From Acidilobaceae archaeon (GTDB taxonomy: Archaea > Thermoproteota > Thermoprotei_A > Sulfolobales > Acidilobaceae), in the NCBI GenBank assembly GCA_027014125.1, contig JALWEI010000022.1:28128-92127 (forward strand): 64,000 nucleotides of DNA. Reading direction: 5' to 3'. Below are positions 1 to 10,561 of the stretch, in pieces. Each line of letters begins with the position of its first letter. Position 1 is the first letter of the stretch. The position numbers were made by a program, and so were the translations under genes. The notes below the pieces were generated by a model. That model ran no database searches. It was not told the DNA's origin and saw only the letters and a program-made list of their open reading frames with translations.

Positions 1-1
1 G

Positions 2-370
2 AAGGGCTCAAAGATCATAGTATTCACTCAATACAAGAAGCAGGCAGAGGAGATAGCAAAGAGGGTCGGAGGCCTCCTACTCCACGGCGGCCTAGACCCT
101 AGGGAGAGGGCTAGGACGCTAGAGGCGTTCAGGTCCTCTAAGAGCGGGGTCCTAGTCGTCACCACGGTCGGCGACGAGGGGCTCGATATACCGGATGCCA
201 ACGTCGGTATCCTAGTATCGGGTACAAGCTCCTCAAGGCAGTTCATCCAGAGGCTGGGCAGGCTGCTTAGGCCTGGGAAGGGCAAGAAGAGTGCAGTCCT
301 CTACGAGGTCATAGTTGAGGGCACGAGTGAGGAGTACCAGAGCAGGAAAAGGAGGAGGATGCCGTTATAG
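2..370 (+). CDS. SF2 DNA helicase, XPB/Rad25-like, C-terminal part (5' end outside the window)
   Basis: The frame is open from the window edge, so it is absent from the ORF track. It translates ...[23 protein letters not shown]...[46 protein letters not shown]..., which carries helicase C-domain motifs V-VI (QRxGRxxR). TAG stop at 368-370. Confidence 0.6.
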   Translation, partial: KGSKIIVFTQYKKQAEEIAKRVGGLLLHGGLDPRERARTLEAFRSSKSGVLVVTTVGDEGLDIPDANVGILVSGTSSSRQFIQRLGRLLRPGKGKKSAVLYEVIVEGTSEEYQSRKRRRMPL

Positions 371-1246
371 CACCTCCGAGACTAGCTTGGGTATGTCGAA
401 GGGCATCCTTGCAACCTTGATGCCGGCCCTGGTTAGGGCCTCCACCTTCCCCTTATACGTTCCAGAGCCCATCATTATTATCGCGCCAGCGTGGCCCATC
501 CTCTTGCCCTCGGGGGCCGTCCTGCCGGCTATGAATGCTACTATCGGCTTGGTGACCTCTCCCCTCTCAACCATGGCGGCCGCCCTCTCCTCCATGTCTC
601 CGCCGATCTCCCCTAGCAGGACGATGGCCCTAGTCTGGGGGTCTTCCTCCAGCATCTTCAGGGCCTCGGTGAAGCTTGTCCCTATAACCGGGTCTCCTCC
701 TATGCCTATGACGGTGCTCTGCCCTATGCCACTCTTGGTTAGAGCGTAGGCTACCTCGTATGTTAGGGTTCCGCTCCTCGATACTATAGCGACCTCACCC
801 TCCTTGAATATGTGACCTGGCATTATGCCTACCTTCGACTTGCCCGGGGATATTACTCCGGGACAGTTTGGCCCGATCACTGTGACACCCCTGCTCCTGG
901 CGTAGTTTATGAAGCGTAGGGACTCGTGGACTGGTATGCCCTCGGTTATAACCACCACTAGCCTCATGCCTGCATCCACTGCCTCGTAAACCGCGTCGGG
1001 GGCGAACCTGGCGGGTACGAATATTATGGAGGTGTTGGCATCCGGGTGAGCCTCTACCGCCTCCTCCATGGTATCGTATACTGGGACCCCGTGGACCTCC
1101 ATGCCGCCCTTGCCGGGGGTTACCCCTGCTACCACCTTGGTGCCGTACTCTAGCATTAGCTTGGTGTGGAATGATCCCTCGCGACCGGTTATACCCTGGA
1201 CGATTACCCGGGTATCCTCTCCCACGAGCACAGCCATCCCGTACAC
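365..1246 (-). CDS. sucD: succinyl-CoA synthetase alpha subunit
   Basis: 293 aa with ...[36 protein letters not shown]... and the GHAGAII phosphohistidine loop. It lies immediately downstream of sucC. The ATG at 1237, preceded by GGGGGTG, may be the real start. Confidence 0.95.
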   Translation of the reverse strand: MYGMAVLVGEDTRVIVQGITGREGSFHTKLMLEYGTKVVAGVTPGKGGMEVHGVPVYDTMEEAVEAHPDANTSIIFVPARFAPDAVYEAVDAGMRLVVVITEGIPVHESLRFINYARSRGVTVIGPNCPGVISPGKSKVGIMPGHIFKEGEVAIVSRSGTLTYEVAYALTKSGIGQSTVIGIGGDPVIGTSFTEALKMLEEDPQTRAIVLLGEIGGDMEERAAAMVERGEVTKPIVAFIAGRTAPEGKRMGHAGAIIMMGSGTYKGKVEALTRAGIKVARMPFDIPKLVSEVL

Positions 1247-1250
1247 CCCC

Positions 1251-2387
1251 CTAAAGCTCCATGACCCTCTTAACCGCCTCTATAGGGTCTGTGTAGGCGA
1301 TGATCCCGGCCTCGCTCAGTATCTTCCTCCCCTCCTCCTCGTTTGTGCCGGCTAGCCTAACTACTATAGGCTTCTCTATCTCCCCTAGCTCCCTGAGCGC
1401 AGCTACTATGCCCCTGGCCACCTCATCCCCACGGGTTATGCCCCCGAAGATGTTTATGAAGATCTTCTCAGCCTTCGGATACTCTAGCAGGAAGCCCACC
1501 GCCTTCTTCACCAGATCCGCCCTGGCCCCGCCTCCTATGTCGAGGAAGTTGGCCGGCTTCCCGCCGTACTCTAGCACTAGGTCCATGGTGGTCATGGTTA
1601 GGCCGGCCCCATTGCTTATTATCCCAATGTTCCCGTCGAGCTCCACGAATGTTAGGCCTGCCTTCCTGGCCTTAACCTCCCACTCGGTGTACTCGCCGCT
1701 CTCCTCTATCCTCTCCCCGCCCAGCTCGGGGTGCCTGTAGAGGGAGTTATCGTCGACAATCAGCCTCGCATCCAGTGGTATAACCTTGTCACCCACGACT
1801 GCTATGGGGTTGCTCTCGGCTAGTTCCCCATCGTACTCAGTAAACAATCTGTACAGGGCCTGGAGGAATTTGGCATAGCTTGCCAGTGCCTTGCCTGTTA
1901 GGCCTATCTTCTTCCCTATGAGCCTGGCCTCGTACTGCCTGAGGCCGACGTAGGGGTCAACGAGCCTCCTCACAATACTCTCCGGCTTCTCCCTAGCGAT
2001 CTCCTCTATATCCATACCGCCGAACCTGCTTGCCAGTATAACGGGCTTCCTCTCACTCCTATCTATCACTATAGCAGTATACAGCTCGGCCTCGTGCTCC
2101 ACAGCCTTCTCTATGAGGAGGAGTTTAGGCACAACACCCTTGATCGGGGTCTCGAAGAGCCTCTCAGCGATCTCCACAGCCTCATCTATACTCCTCGCGA
2201 GTTTTATGCCGCCAGCCTTACCCCTGCCAGCAACAAGAACCTGGGCCTTAACCACTACTGGAGGCTCCAGACCGGCCTCGAGTATCTTGGACCTCACATC
2301 CTCGCCTTTCCTAACTAATACGGAGGGTGGCACCTCCACCCCATACTTGGCCAGCAACTGCTTGGCCTCGTACTCGAAGAGCTTCAT
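1251..2387 (-). CDS. sucC: succinyl-CoA synthetase beta subunit (ATP-grasp)
   Basis: 378 aa starting [17 protein letters not shown]..., with [18 protein letters not shown] and a C-terminal CoA-ligase domain (NIFGGITR). It forms an operon with sucD. Confidence 0.95.
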   Translation of the reverse strand: MKLFEYEAKQLLAKYGVEVPPSVLVRKGEDVRSKILEAGLEPPVVVKAQVLVAGRGKAGGIKLARSIDEAVEIAERLFETPIKGVVPKLLLIEKAVEHEAELYTAIVIDRSERKPVILASRFGGMDIEEIAREKPESIVRRLVDPYVGLRQYEARLIGKKIGLTGKALASYAKFLQALYRLFTEYDGELAESNPIAVVGDKVIPLDARLIVDDNSLYRHPELGGERIEESGEYTEWEVKARKAGLTFVELDGNIGIISNGAGLTMTTMDLVLEYGGKPANFLDIGGGARADLVKKAVGFLLEYPKAEKIFINIFGGITRGDEVARGIVAALRELGEIEKPIVVRLAGTNEEEGRKILSEAGIIAYTDPIEAVKRVMEL

Positions 2388-2480
2388 CCCTGGGGCACCG
2401 GGTCTCTTAACGTGGAGGGCCAGTATTTAAGCTAGGGATAGTGGATCCACATTAATACCCTAGCCGCTCGACCCCCGCCA

Positions 2481-4709
2481 GTGGAGCGTGTCTCCGGGTT
2501 GGCATGGTGGCATAGGCCCCTGAGGGCCCTCCAGGTTAACATAGAGGATCCCTACGGCTTCTATGCTGACAGAGTAGACGCCGAGAGGATACTGGAGGCG
2601 GCCAAGAGGGCCAGGGCAAACCTTATAGTTGTGTTCGCCAGGGACCCGTGGGGGAGGGTATTCTACAGCGGTAGCAAGCTGTACCCTAGACACCACAACT
2701 CCAGGCTAGACCTCAAGGAACTAGTGGACAAAGCCAGGGAGGAAGGCATACGCGTGGTAGTCATGGCGGCTCACACAGCTAATAGGTACCTATACAGGCT
2801 CCACCCCTCATGGGCCCAGAGGACTAGGGAAGGAGAGGTCATCGTACTAGAGCATTACCCAAGAGTGGAGAGGGTTAGGGATCCCCACTGGCCCCAGATC
2901 TGCCTAAACAGCCCCGCCCTGGAGAGGTACTTCGCAGAGGAGGTTAAGGAGGCCCTGGAGGCTACTGGAGCCGATGGGGTGCTGCTAGACAGCTTCAGGT
3001 ACATGCCAGACCCTTCCAAGGCATGTTACTGTAGCTACTGTAGGACAAAGTTCAGGGAGAGATACGGGGTGGATCTCCCCTCGAGGGAGGATATGGAGGA
3101 TGAAGCCTTCAGGCTGGCGTGGCAGTGGAGGTATGAGGTGGTAGTTGATGCCATGAAGCTCCTCAGGTCGAAGGCCAAACAGGTCGGGGAGGACAGGATC
3201 TTCTTCTACAATAGCCATCCAGCGGGGTGGGCTGGCAGGGGCAACATCGTGGTCTCCAGGGCCAGGAACCTGCTTGACGCGGTCTTCGCCGAGGCGAGTG
3301 AGGCAGATATTAGGGGGCCAGGCATGCTGACGCTTGCCGCCAAGATAAGCAGGGCCATGCTTGGGAAGGGCAAGCCGGTTATAGTATCCAGGAACGCATT
3401 CTACGCGCTTAGAACTGTTCAATCAGCGACTCCATGGCAGATCAGGATGGGTATATGGGAGATAGTAGCCGCCGGGGGCCACCCCATGGTTACCATATTC
3501 TCCTCCCAGCTAATCGAAGACCCCCGGGCTCTAGACTATGTAGCCAGCGCCTATGAGGTCCTCGAGAGGCTGGAGGACGTTCTGGAGGGGCAGGAGCCGG
3601 TTAGATTCGTGGGTATAGTATTCGACCCCGAGACGCATGACAAGGCGTACTACAACAGGCCGGACTTCTATGTCGGCGAGATCGAGGGGTTCTCCCTGGC
3701 ATTCTTCGCGAAGAACACCGTCTGGGATATAGTATCCTCGCAGGACCTAGAGGACCAAGAGGAGGCCTCAAAGTACAGGGTCCTCGTAGCCCCCGATATG
3801 AAGGTTGTGGGGGACAGGCTCGAGGAGTCCCTGAGGGGATACGTGGAGCGGGGAGGCCTCCTCGTGGCAACCCACGAGTTCGGCGTTATGAGGCCAGACT
3901 ATACCTACAGGCACTCCCTAGCCCTCCAGGACCTGGCAGGTGTGTCGTACGAGGGTGTACTGTGGCTGGGGTACAGCTACCTAGACCTAACCGGGGACCC
4001 AGGCCTCTGGGCAGGCCTCCCCAAGGCGGTTATACTGGGCGACCATAGCACGGCTTTCGTGAGGGAAAGGGCAGAGCCGAGGCTTGGAGAGGTTGTCAGG
4101 GCTAGGCCACGGGGCTCCAGGGTCCTTGCATGGGTCAGGATGGGGAGGAGTGGGTACGGGTACGAGTATACCCTGGGAAGGAGCACGCCGGCCCCCGACT
4201 CGAGGCTAGAGCTGGCGGGGATAAGCCTCGCCAGGGCCGGTAGGGGGGCTATACTCTACTACTCCGCCAGGATCGGGATGCACGTCACCAGGATAGGGCA
4301 CCCAGACTACATAGAGCTGATCACCAGGCCGATATACAGTGTGGCCGGAGAGCCTCCAATAACTGTAGATGGCCCGGAGACAGTCCAGGTCGAGGCGTAC
4401 GAGAAGGAGGGAGGATACAATATACACATAGTGAACCACACCTACAACCAGAGGATACTCAGCGCACCCACAGGGCCCAGCAAACAGGCAGTCCCAGCCT
4501 TTGACCCGCCATACAGGGTACACCCAGCCAGGGTCGTGGTGCCGGTAGGGCCGCTAAGGGTAAGAGTCAAGGCTAACGGGGACAAGTATAGGGTGGTGGA
4601 GGAGGTCTCAGGAGAGGAGCTGCACCACGAGTCTAGGGGTGGATGGCTCACCATAACACTGCCACGGGTCACGGAGTACGCGCTAGTCACGGTAAGGCCC
4701 AGGGCCTAG
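2481..4709 (+). CDS. large glycoside-hydrolase-like protein (GHL6 / GH42-type TIM barrel plus trimerisation-like domain), function uncertain
   Basis: 742-aa ORF. The N-terminal part (LQVNIEDPYG...ANLIVVFARDPWGRVFY...IRVVVMAAH...ADGVLLDSFRY) resembles a hypothetical glycosyl hydrolase TIM barrel. The middle segment KYRVLVAPDMKVV...GGLLVATHEFG resembles the beta-galactosidase trimerisation domain. Confidence 0.5.
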   Translation: MERVSGLAWWHRPLRALQVNIEDPYGFYADRVDAERILEAAKRARANLIVVFARDPWGRVFYSGSKLYPRHHNSRLDLKELVDKAREEGIRVVVMAAHTANRYLYRLHPSWAQRTREGEVIVLEHYPRVERVRDPHWPQICLNSPALERYFAEEVKEALEATGADGVLLDSFRYMPDPSKACYCSYCRTKFRERYGVDLPSREDMEDEAFRLAWQWRYEVVVDAMKLLRSKAKQVGEDRIFFYNSHPAGWAGRGNIVVSRARNLLDAVFAEASEADIRGPGMLTLAAKISRAMLGKGKPVIVSRNAFYALRTVQSATPWQIRMGIWEIVAAGGHPMVTIFSSQLIEDPRALDYVASAYEVLERLEDVLEGQEPVRFVGIVFDPETHDKAYYNRPDFYVGEIEGFSLAFFAKNTVWDIVSSQDLEDQEEASKYRVLVAPDMKVVGDRLEESLRGYVERGGLLVATHEFGVMRPDYTYRHSLALQDLAGVSYEGVLWLGYSYLDLTGDPGLWAGLPKAVILGDHSTAFVRERAEPRLGEVVRARPRGSRVLAWVRMGRSGYGYEYTLGRSTPAPDSRLELAGISLARAGRGAILYYSARIGMHVTRIGHPDYIELITRPIYSVAGEPPITVDGPETVQVEAYEKEGGYNIHIVNHTYNQRILSAPTGPSKQAVPAFDPPYRVHPARVVVPVGPLRVRVKANGDKYRVVEEVSGEELHHESRGGWLTITLPRVTEYALVTVRPRA

Positions 4710-6025
4710 AGGTCCAGCGCGGGTATGCCGGGCCTCGTCAGCCTCCTCAGGTCTAGTAGCTTATCCACCTCCTCCCTAGTGTATCCCAGCTCCTCTAGAG
4801 CCTCCCTGATGCTCCTACCCTCACCCATTAGCCTCGACAGCTCGGCTGCCTTGTCGTAGCCTATCACTGGCGCCAGCACCGTGACTAGGGCCTGGCTAGA
4901 CTCTGCCAGCCTAGCCATCCTCTCCCTCCTTGCCTCGATCCTGTCGACAACTAGGCTCGAGAGCTTGGAGAGGGACTCTCCGAGGAGAACCGACTGGGTG
5001 ACAACGTTGTAGCCAACCAGCGGTATGCCCATGCTCAGCTCCAGCTCGCCCAGGAGGTTCGCCATTGAGTTAGCCTGGTCAAGCCCCGCGACCTGCGCGG
5101 AAGCTTGCATAACAGCCTCAACTGTCACGGGGTTAACCTTGCCAGGCATCATGCTACTACCAGGCACTGCCTGGGGCATATCGATCTCCGCCAGCCCGGT
5201 GTTTGGCCCGGAGTACATTAGCCTAAGGTCCTGGCCTAGCCTCCACAGGTCGAGGGCTATAGCCCTGTAGGCACCGCTGAGGGATACCAGGTCTGTGAGG
5301 AGCCTCATAGCCCTGAACCGGCTCTCGGCCTGTTCTAGGGGGAGGCCGGTAGCCTCAGCTAGCTTGGCCACAGCCAGGCGCGGGTAGTCCGGGTGGGCAT
5401 TCAGCCCAGTGCCGACAGCGGTGCCGCCTAGCGGCACTAGCCTAACCAGGTCTAGTGCAGAGTCTAGGAGCCTCATATCAGCCTCCAGGGCCCTCCTGAA
5501 CGCATCCAGCTCCTGGCCCAGGGTCACGGGTAGAGCATCCCTCAGGTGAGTCCTCCCCGGCTTCACGGCATCCTCGAACCTGGAAGCGGCGTTGGCTAGC
5601 GAGGCTATTAGCTGGCCTAAGGCAGGCTTAACCCTCCACAGGGCCTCGGCTAGCGCCGCAACCCTTATAGCAGTTGGCACCACGTCATTGCTGGACTGGC
5701 TCTTATTCACGTGATCATTGGGGTGCACCTCTACCCCAGCTATCTTGGACGCCTCGGCGGCTATGACCTCGTTGACGTTCATGTTGAGCCCGGTGCCAGA
5801 CCCAGTCTGGAAGACGTCCACGACTATCAGATCATCGTAGGCCCCATCCGCCAGCTTGAGCGCAACCTCCTTAATAGCCTCCCCCCTCTTCTCGTCCAGG
5901 AGCCCGAGCTCCATGTTGGCGGATGCAGCAGCATACTTGACCATACCCATTGCCCATATTATCCTGCGAGGGAACCTGGTCCCCGTGTCTAGGAAAACCT
6001 TCACTGCATTCTTGACATACTTCAA
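4706..6025 (-). CDS. fumC: class II fumarate hydratase (fumarase/aspartase superfamily)
   Basis: 439 aa carrying the superfamily signature GSSMMPGKVNP plus TGSGTGLNMNVNEV and SQSSNDVVPTA. TTG start. Confidence 0.9.
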   Translation of the reverse strand: MKYVKNAVKVFLDTGTRFPRRIIWAMGMVKYAAASANMELGLLDEKRGEAIKEVALKLADGAYDDLIVVDVFQTGSGTGLNMNVNEVIAAEASKIAGVEVHPNDHVNKSQSSNDVVPTAIRVAALAEALWRVKPALGQLIASLANAASRFEDAVKPGRTHLRDALPVTLGQELDAFRRALEADMRLLDSALDLVRLVPLGGTAVGTGLNAHPDYPRLAVAKLAEATGLPLEQAESRFRAMRLLTDLVSLSGAYRAIALDLWRLGQDLRLMYSGPNTGLAEIDMPQAVPGSSMMPGKVNPVTVEAVMQASAQVAGLDQANSMANLLGELELSMGIPLVGYNVVTQSVLLGESLSKLSSLVVDRIEARRERMARLAESSQALVTVLAPVIGYDKAAELSRLMGEGRSIREALEELGYTREEVDKLLDLRRLTRPGIPALDL

Positions 6026-6114
6026 CCCGCAAGACCCCCGTCTCCAGGAGTGACACCTGGACCTGGATTGACCCTAATTAAGCCTAATCTGTAGCATAAG
6101 ACTGGCCCGGTGCC

Positions 6115-7032
6115 ATGGTTATGGGGCAACGGCAGCTGCCGCCGGAGGCCTTGGAGAAGGCTAGGGAGTTCTGCGTGGACGAGTATATAGACTATGTGAT
6201 CTACAAGGAGCTCGCAGCCAGAGAGTCGGATGAAAGGATGAGGGAGGTCTTGGAGAGGTTCTCCGAGCAGGAGTACAGGCACTACAAGTTCTGGTCATCA
6301 CTAGCCGGGGAGTGCCAGGTCAGCGTGCCGGGGTGGAAGCTAGCCTTCTTCAGGGCCTCCAGGAAGCTCCTGGGCCTAACCTTCACCCTCAAGTACCTTG
6401 AGAGGCATGAGAAGGATGTTATCGAGAGTTACAGGAGCTACATGAAGTACCTAGAGGGGGAGGAGAAGAGGGAGCTAGAGAGGATAATAAGGGATGAGGA
6501 GGAGCATGAGAAGACGCTGATAAGCGGGATGAATGAGAATATAGTGAGGTACCTAAGCTTCATAGCGCTGGGTTTGGCCGACGCGATAGTGGAGATAACA
6601 GGTGTCCACGCGGGCTTCCTAGGGGCAACAAAGGAGACGCTGGTAGCGGGAATTGCGGGCCTAATAGTAGGGGTATCAGCAGCTCTATCAATGTCCGGGG
6701 CAGCATACCTACAGGCCAAGGCTGAGGTGGGAGAGGCCAGGGAGAGCCCGGGGAGGAGCGCGATAGTGACAGGGGTCTCATACCTACTAGCAGTCATAGT
6801 ATTGGCGCTTCCATACTTCCTAACGCAGCACCAAATAACAGCCTTCGTAGTATCTGTAGTGTTGGCTATAGTAATCGTATCAGGGTTCACGTACTACAAT
6901 TCAGTGTTGAACGAGAAGGAGTTCAAGGGGGAATTGCTAGAAAACCTGGCAATACTATTCGGAACGGCTATCATAGCATACATGTTCGGAGAGGCACTAG
7001 GAAGCATATTCGGCATCCAGGGCATACTCTAG
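6115..7032 (+). CDS. VIT1/CCC1-family iron/manganese transporter with N-terminal ferritin-like (rubrerythrin-like) domain
   Basis: 305 aa. The N-terminal part has helical E-rich repeats (EYIDYVIYKELA...EQEYRHYKFW...EEEHEK). The C-terminal part has about 5 predicted TM helices. Confidence 0.65.
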   Translation: MVMGQRQLPPEALEKAREFCVDEYIDYVIYKELAARESDERMREVLERFSEQEYRHYKFWSSLAGECQVSVPGWKLAFFRASRKLLGLTFTLKYLERHEKDVIESYRSYMKYLEGEEKRELERIIRDEEEHEKTLISGMNENIVRYLSFIALGLADAIVEITGVHAGFLGATKETLVAGIAGLIVGVSAALSMSGAAYLQAKAEVGEARESPGRSAIVTGVSYLLAVIVLALPYFLTQHQITAFVVSVVLAIVIVSGFTYYNSVLNEKEFKGELLENLAILFGTAIIAYMFGEALGSIFGIQGIL

Positions 7033-7093
7033 CACACCAGTAGAGAAACATCTAAAAACCCCGCAGCCATCCAGAAACCGACACGGGAGGCAT

Positions 7094-7171
<78 letters not shown>

Positions 7172-7387
7172 CACAGGGCCCAGCCCCCACACAAGGGCTC
7201 CTACACGCTCCATATCCACCCACGATATTCAACTCTACCCATAGGTCTCCGGGAGTACCTCCGTGTACGACCAAAATAATTATACCTCCAGATCAGAAAA
7301 ATACTATAATGTAAATGTTAATTTTTTTGCAGATCGATACGCCATAATTTTTTAATGGGAAAGATATAAACTATAACATAACGAGAT

Positions 7388-7771
7388 ATGAATGCGAGGT
7401 GTATGGCGGTGTCAAGCCCGCTACAGAGGATCTTGGGGGACATGGCTAGGATCCCCGGCGTGACTGCGATATTCGTCGTCAGCAAGGAGGGATTCGTCAT
7501 AGAGAAGGCTACAGCAGGAACCATATCCATCGACGAGGACGCCATAGCTGCTATGCTAACGGCAGTCTACGGCTCCACAACGCAGCTGGGAGAGGAGCTA
7601 GAGCTGGGCAAGCCAGAGACAACCACACTGGAGTACCCGGGCCACTACCTGCTAGTACACGATATGGGCGAGAACCTGCTGACGGTACTAGCTGACAGGA
7701 GCAAGGCGGTACTGGGCAGGCTAAGGTATGAGGTCAAGAAGCAGGCCCCTAGGATAGCCAACGTCCTCTAG
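7388..7771 (+). CDS. Roadblock/LC7 (MglB-like) domain protein
   Basis: 127 aa with ...ILGDMARIPGVTAIFVVSKEGFVIEKATAGTISIDEDAIAAMLTAVYGSTTQLGEELELG...YLLVHDMGENLLTVLAD..., a typical Roadblock pattern. An AT-rich promoter-like region lies upstream. The start could instead be an internal ATG. Confidence 0.8.
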   Translation: MNARCMAVSSPLQRILGDMARIPGVTAIFVVSKEGFVIEKATAGTISIDEDAIAAMLTAVYGSTTQLGEELELGKPETTTLEYPGHYLLVHDMGENLLTVLADRSKAVLGRLRYEVKKQAPRIANVL

Positions 7772-7798
7772 CCTCAGTGCTAGAGGAGGGGCCCAGAG

Positions 7799-8326
7799 AT
7801 GGATGGGTATAAGGAGGGAGAATTCACATTGGCGGAGAAAATTGAGATCCCGAGCGGCCTGATTAATGCGATAATCGCAGGCTACCAGATAGCGCTAAAC
7901 AAGACACTAGGGGCAGGAGCAGCTGCTATGACGCAACTACTCATAAAAGACATAGGCGACTTCCTAGAGGATATGCTGGAGGAGATAGGGTTCGAGGTAC
8001 ACGAGATAAGCGACCTCAAGCAGGACATACCCAAAGCATTCAAGATGCTAGGGATAAGCGACGACGTAGAAGTCGAGATACCCAGCAACGGGGCAAACTC
8101 CGGAGACAAGTACATAATCAAGATAAAAGACAGCATATTCAAGCCAGTGGCAAGGCTCCTAGCAAAGAAGGGGATAAAGTTCACGCTAAGCCCCGAGTCA
8201 TTCCTGGCAGCGGCTATAGTCAGGAAGGCGATAAGGAAGACGAGGCCAGATGCACAGGTAAGAATAAAAGTCCACCCACAGAAGGATCCAGACGACCCCC
8301 TAGTGATAGAGGTAATCGTGAGGTAA
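7799..8326 (+). CDS. hypothetical protein, second gene of the Roadblock operon
   Basis: 175-aa ORF starting 27 nt after the previous stop. Composition is soluble alpha/beta-like. I cannot assign a family with certainty. A V4R/Bet3-like fold is only a guess. Confidence 0.6.
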   Translation: MDGYKEGEFTLAEKIEIPSGLINAIIAGYQIALNKTLGAGAAAMTQLLIKDIGDFLEDMLEEIGFEVHEISDLKQDIPKAFKMLGISDDVEVEIPSNGANSGDKYIIKIKDSIFKPVARLLAKKGIKFTLSPESFLAAAIVRKAIRKTRPDAQVRIKVHPQKDPDDPLVIEVIVR

Positions 8327-8333
8327 AACGGGT

Positions 8334-9062
8334 GTGAGCAGGGGAGAGGCAAGCTCAGAGGATGTATTAAGCCTCCAAGAATTCTTTTCCAAGCTAGACG
8401 GGATAGACTCATTCGTGGCAGTAGAGGAAGGATTCCCAATAGCATACCACGGCCTATCCGGGGAAGAAGCAGACGCCATGGCGGCACTAGCAGTAGACAT
8501 ATACACGGCAAGCAGCACAACGCTGGGAGATATACTCGGTAGAGAGAAAGCAGGGAAAGAGATCATAATAGTCCTGGAAGACGGGCGGGTCATAGATGTA
8601 GCTAAGGTAAGGGAAATAATACTGGCAGCAAGAGGCGCGAGAAAGCCAGCAGAAGAATCGATCCAGGCAGCCACGCTATACCTAGAGAATAAGAGAGTAT
8701 TATGCCCATACTGCAAGAGAGACCTGACACTGGAGACATATAAGTGTGGCAAGTGCGGCAAGACGTTCCCCTACCGGTCCAACACGTGCCCCCACTGCGG
8801 GACACCAGCACTAGTCAAGAAGTGCCCCGGATGCGGCAAGCCAACGACAGGAGACGGCAGGAGAGTAGAACTAGTGAAGCCGCCAGAAGCGAAGAGCCTA
8901 GCAGTACTCGAGGGGATCGTGGGAGCAGCAATAGCAGGTATAGTAGCACTACTAGCAACTGGGAATCCGATCGTCGTGGGAGCAGCAGGCATAGCAGGGG
9001 GAGCAGGGCTAGCGTATGCTACATATAAGAGTGTGAGACCAGAGTACAGGGTCATAGATTAG
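8334..9062 (+). CDS. Roadblock-like domain fused to a double zinc ribbon and a C-terminal glycine-zipper membrane anchor
   Basis: 242 aa. The N-terminal part (FVAVEEGFPIAYHGLSGEEADAMAALAVDIYTASSTTLGDILG) is Roadblock-like. It is followed by CPYC-x9-CGKC and CPHC-x8-CPGC, then GIVGAAIAGIVALLATGNPIVVGAAGIAGGAGLAYA. GTG start 7 nt after the previous gene. Confidence 0.65.
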   Translation: MSRGEASSEDVLSLQEFFSKLDGIDSFVAVEEGFPIAYHGLSGEEADAMAALAVDIYTASSTTLGDILGREKAGKEIIIVLEDGRVIDVAKVREIILAARGARKPAEESIQAATLYLENKRVLCPYCKRDLTLETYKCGKCGKTFPYRSNTCPHCGTPALVKKCPGCGKPTTGDGRRVELVKPPEAKSLAVLEGIVGAAIAGIVALLATGNPIVVGAAGIAGGAGLAYATYKSVRPEYRVID

Positions 9063-9889
9063 AGGAGAACATTCACATACCCCTTAGCAGAGATATCCTC
9101 CAGGAACTTTTTAACACCATCCAGGCTATCCATGCAAACAGACTCTATCAAATCCTTCTTGAACATCGATACTACAAAACTACAGGATTCCCATCCACGG
9201 AGAACACAAACATACTCTCCCTCCCTACCAACCACAGCAACACCATGTCTAGACACCATCTCAATAGGATCCCTACCAGCCTCCATGCAATCCATACGCC
9301 CGCATACTTGCCAAACCCTATCTAAACACAAGCTTATCACATCAACTCCACCCGGCTCGCCGTGCATTATGCTTGGTTCCATCTCACTCCTCCCAGGAGT
9401 CCCACTACCTCCTGCCTTATCCATTCCTCTCCCACGTGAGGTCGCCTCATCGATCTTCAGAATACTGTGGAGTATGGAAGGAAGCATACTCAGATCGACC
9501 CTAGTCAGCTTTATCCCCATACTGCCAGCTATTTCGTGGTCTAGACTTGCCGCCGTTTCGGTAGCCCGAAACTCCTCTATAGCCACCTTGTAAACCTGAT
9601 TTAAGTCAAATGCATCCCCGGCTATATTATGCATGATAATGGCCTCGTTCTTCATAGGGTTAATCCAGATACGTATTTCAAATTGTGAATTAGAAGATAT
9701 TATTATATTAAGTAGGACAATAGTATCTTTATTTTTAATTTCGATTATATTTTCTATAATATTCATTATTATAAATGGTAATTCCTCGGGTTCGTTCACA
9801 TCAATTACGATTGTATTTACATATTCTTTAAACGAAAAGCTTGGAAGTCTAATGCCGCCTCCTATATCCGCCATTATACCCCACTCCAC
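9059..9889 (-). CDS. hypothetical protein with a compositionally chimeric gene (AT-rich 5' third)
   Basis: 276-aa ORF convergent with the Roadblock operon, with a 4-nt overlap. The N-terminal ~95 codons are very AT-rich and Ile/Asn-rich, while the rest has normal composition. No recognisable family. Confidence 0.5.
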   Translation of the reverse strand: MEWGIMADIGGGIRLPSFSFKEYVNTIVIDVNEPEELPFIIMNIIENIIEIKNKDTIVLLNIIISSNSQFEIRIWINPMKNEAIIMHNIAGDAFDLNQVYKVAIEEFRATETAASLDHEIAGSMGIKLTRVDLSMLPSILHSILKIDEATSRGRGMDKAGGSGTPGRSEMEPSIMHGEPGGVDVISLCLDRVWQVCGRMDCMEAGRDPIEMVSRHGVAVVGREGEYVCVLRGWESCSFVVSMFKKDLIESVCMDSLDGVKKFLEDISAKGYVNVLL

Positions 9890-10135
9890 TATTGAATATT
9901 AATAATATGTCGTAGGGTAATATTTATTTTATACGGTAGTGCATAAGACTATTGCATATATATTCGCAATAAAATAAATACCTAATGGTTATAGCATATA
10001 ATTAATAATTTAAATGTATGGATACGTGTTAAAACTTTAAAAACCCCTTATGATATACGATTGTGAACCAGTAGACCCTAGTAGATAATTAGGATAAACA
10101 CCAAACTAGTAAATCTATGGCGGGTGTGACCAAGC

Positions 10136-10561
10136 ATGAAACTGGTAGTTTATAGGGATGGTGGAGATGCTCGAAATACTAGTTCAATTGTTAAGGAAGA
10201 TATTAAAAAGATTATAAGTGATGTACTTTTAGGGCTTAATAGTAATGCTATTATAGTAAAAGAAAAGGAATTATTAAATTATGTAAGTAAGGGTTTGTTT
10301 CATGCGGTGGGTGTTGCTTTAAAGGTTTACAGGATGTACCGTAAACCTGTCATTGTGTCATTGTTAAAGGATAGCCTAACGGGGATAGTTGTAGTAGCTG
10401 GATATCCGGCGGTCAAGAGTGGATTAATTGTATGTAGAATAGACCTTGGTATGGTTGTTGACTGTAATAGTACGGATGCTTTTATGGCGGGAATCGGGTG
10501 GGGGGGGGATAAGAATAATTATAGTAAAATAAATATAATAATTATAAATGATAATGTATAA
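10136..10561 (+). CDS. hypothetical protein encoded in an AT-rich island
   Basis: 141-aa ORF with low GC and a Lys/Ile/Asn-rich product. It contains a G9 homopolymer at 10500-10508. No recognisable family. Confidence 0.45.
   Translation: MKLVVYRDGGDARNTSSIVKEDIKKIISDVLLGLNSNAIIVKEKELLNYVSKGLFHAVGVALKVYRMYRKPVIVSLLKDSLTGIVVVAGYPAVKSGLIVCRIDLGMVVDCNSTDAFMAGIGWGGDKNNYSKINIIIINDNV

Noticed and set aside
315-2430. Long plus-strand ORFs (315..749, 1068..1355, 1300..1740, 2094..2318, 2113..2430) opposite sucD/sucC
   Set aside because: They lie entirely antisense to strongly supported genes. Their products are Pro/Ser/Leu-rich low-complexity sequence, typical of shadow ORFs in GC-rich DNA. The same reasoning applies to most other track ORFs that lie antisense to the annotated genes, for example 2985..3422, 6438..6890, 15006..15749, 25612..26055, 26496..26999, 40064..40648, 42777..43334 and 63239..63991.
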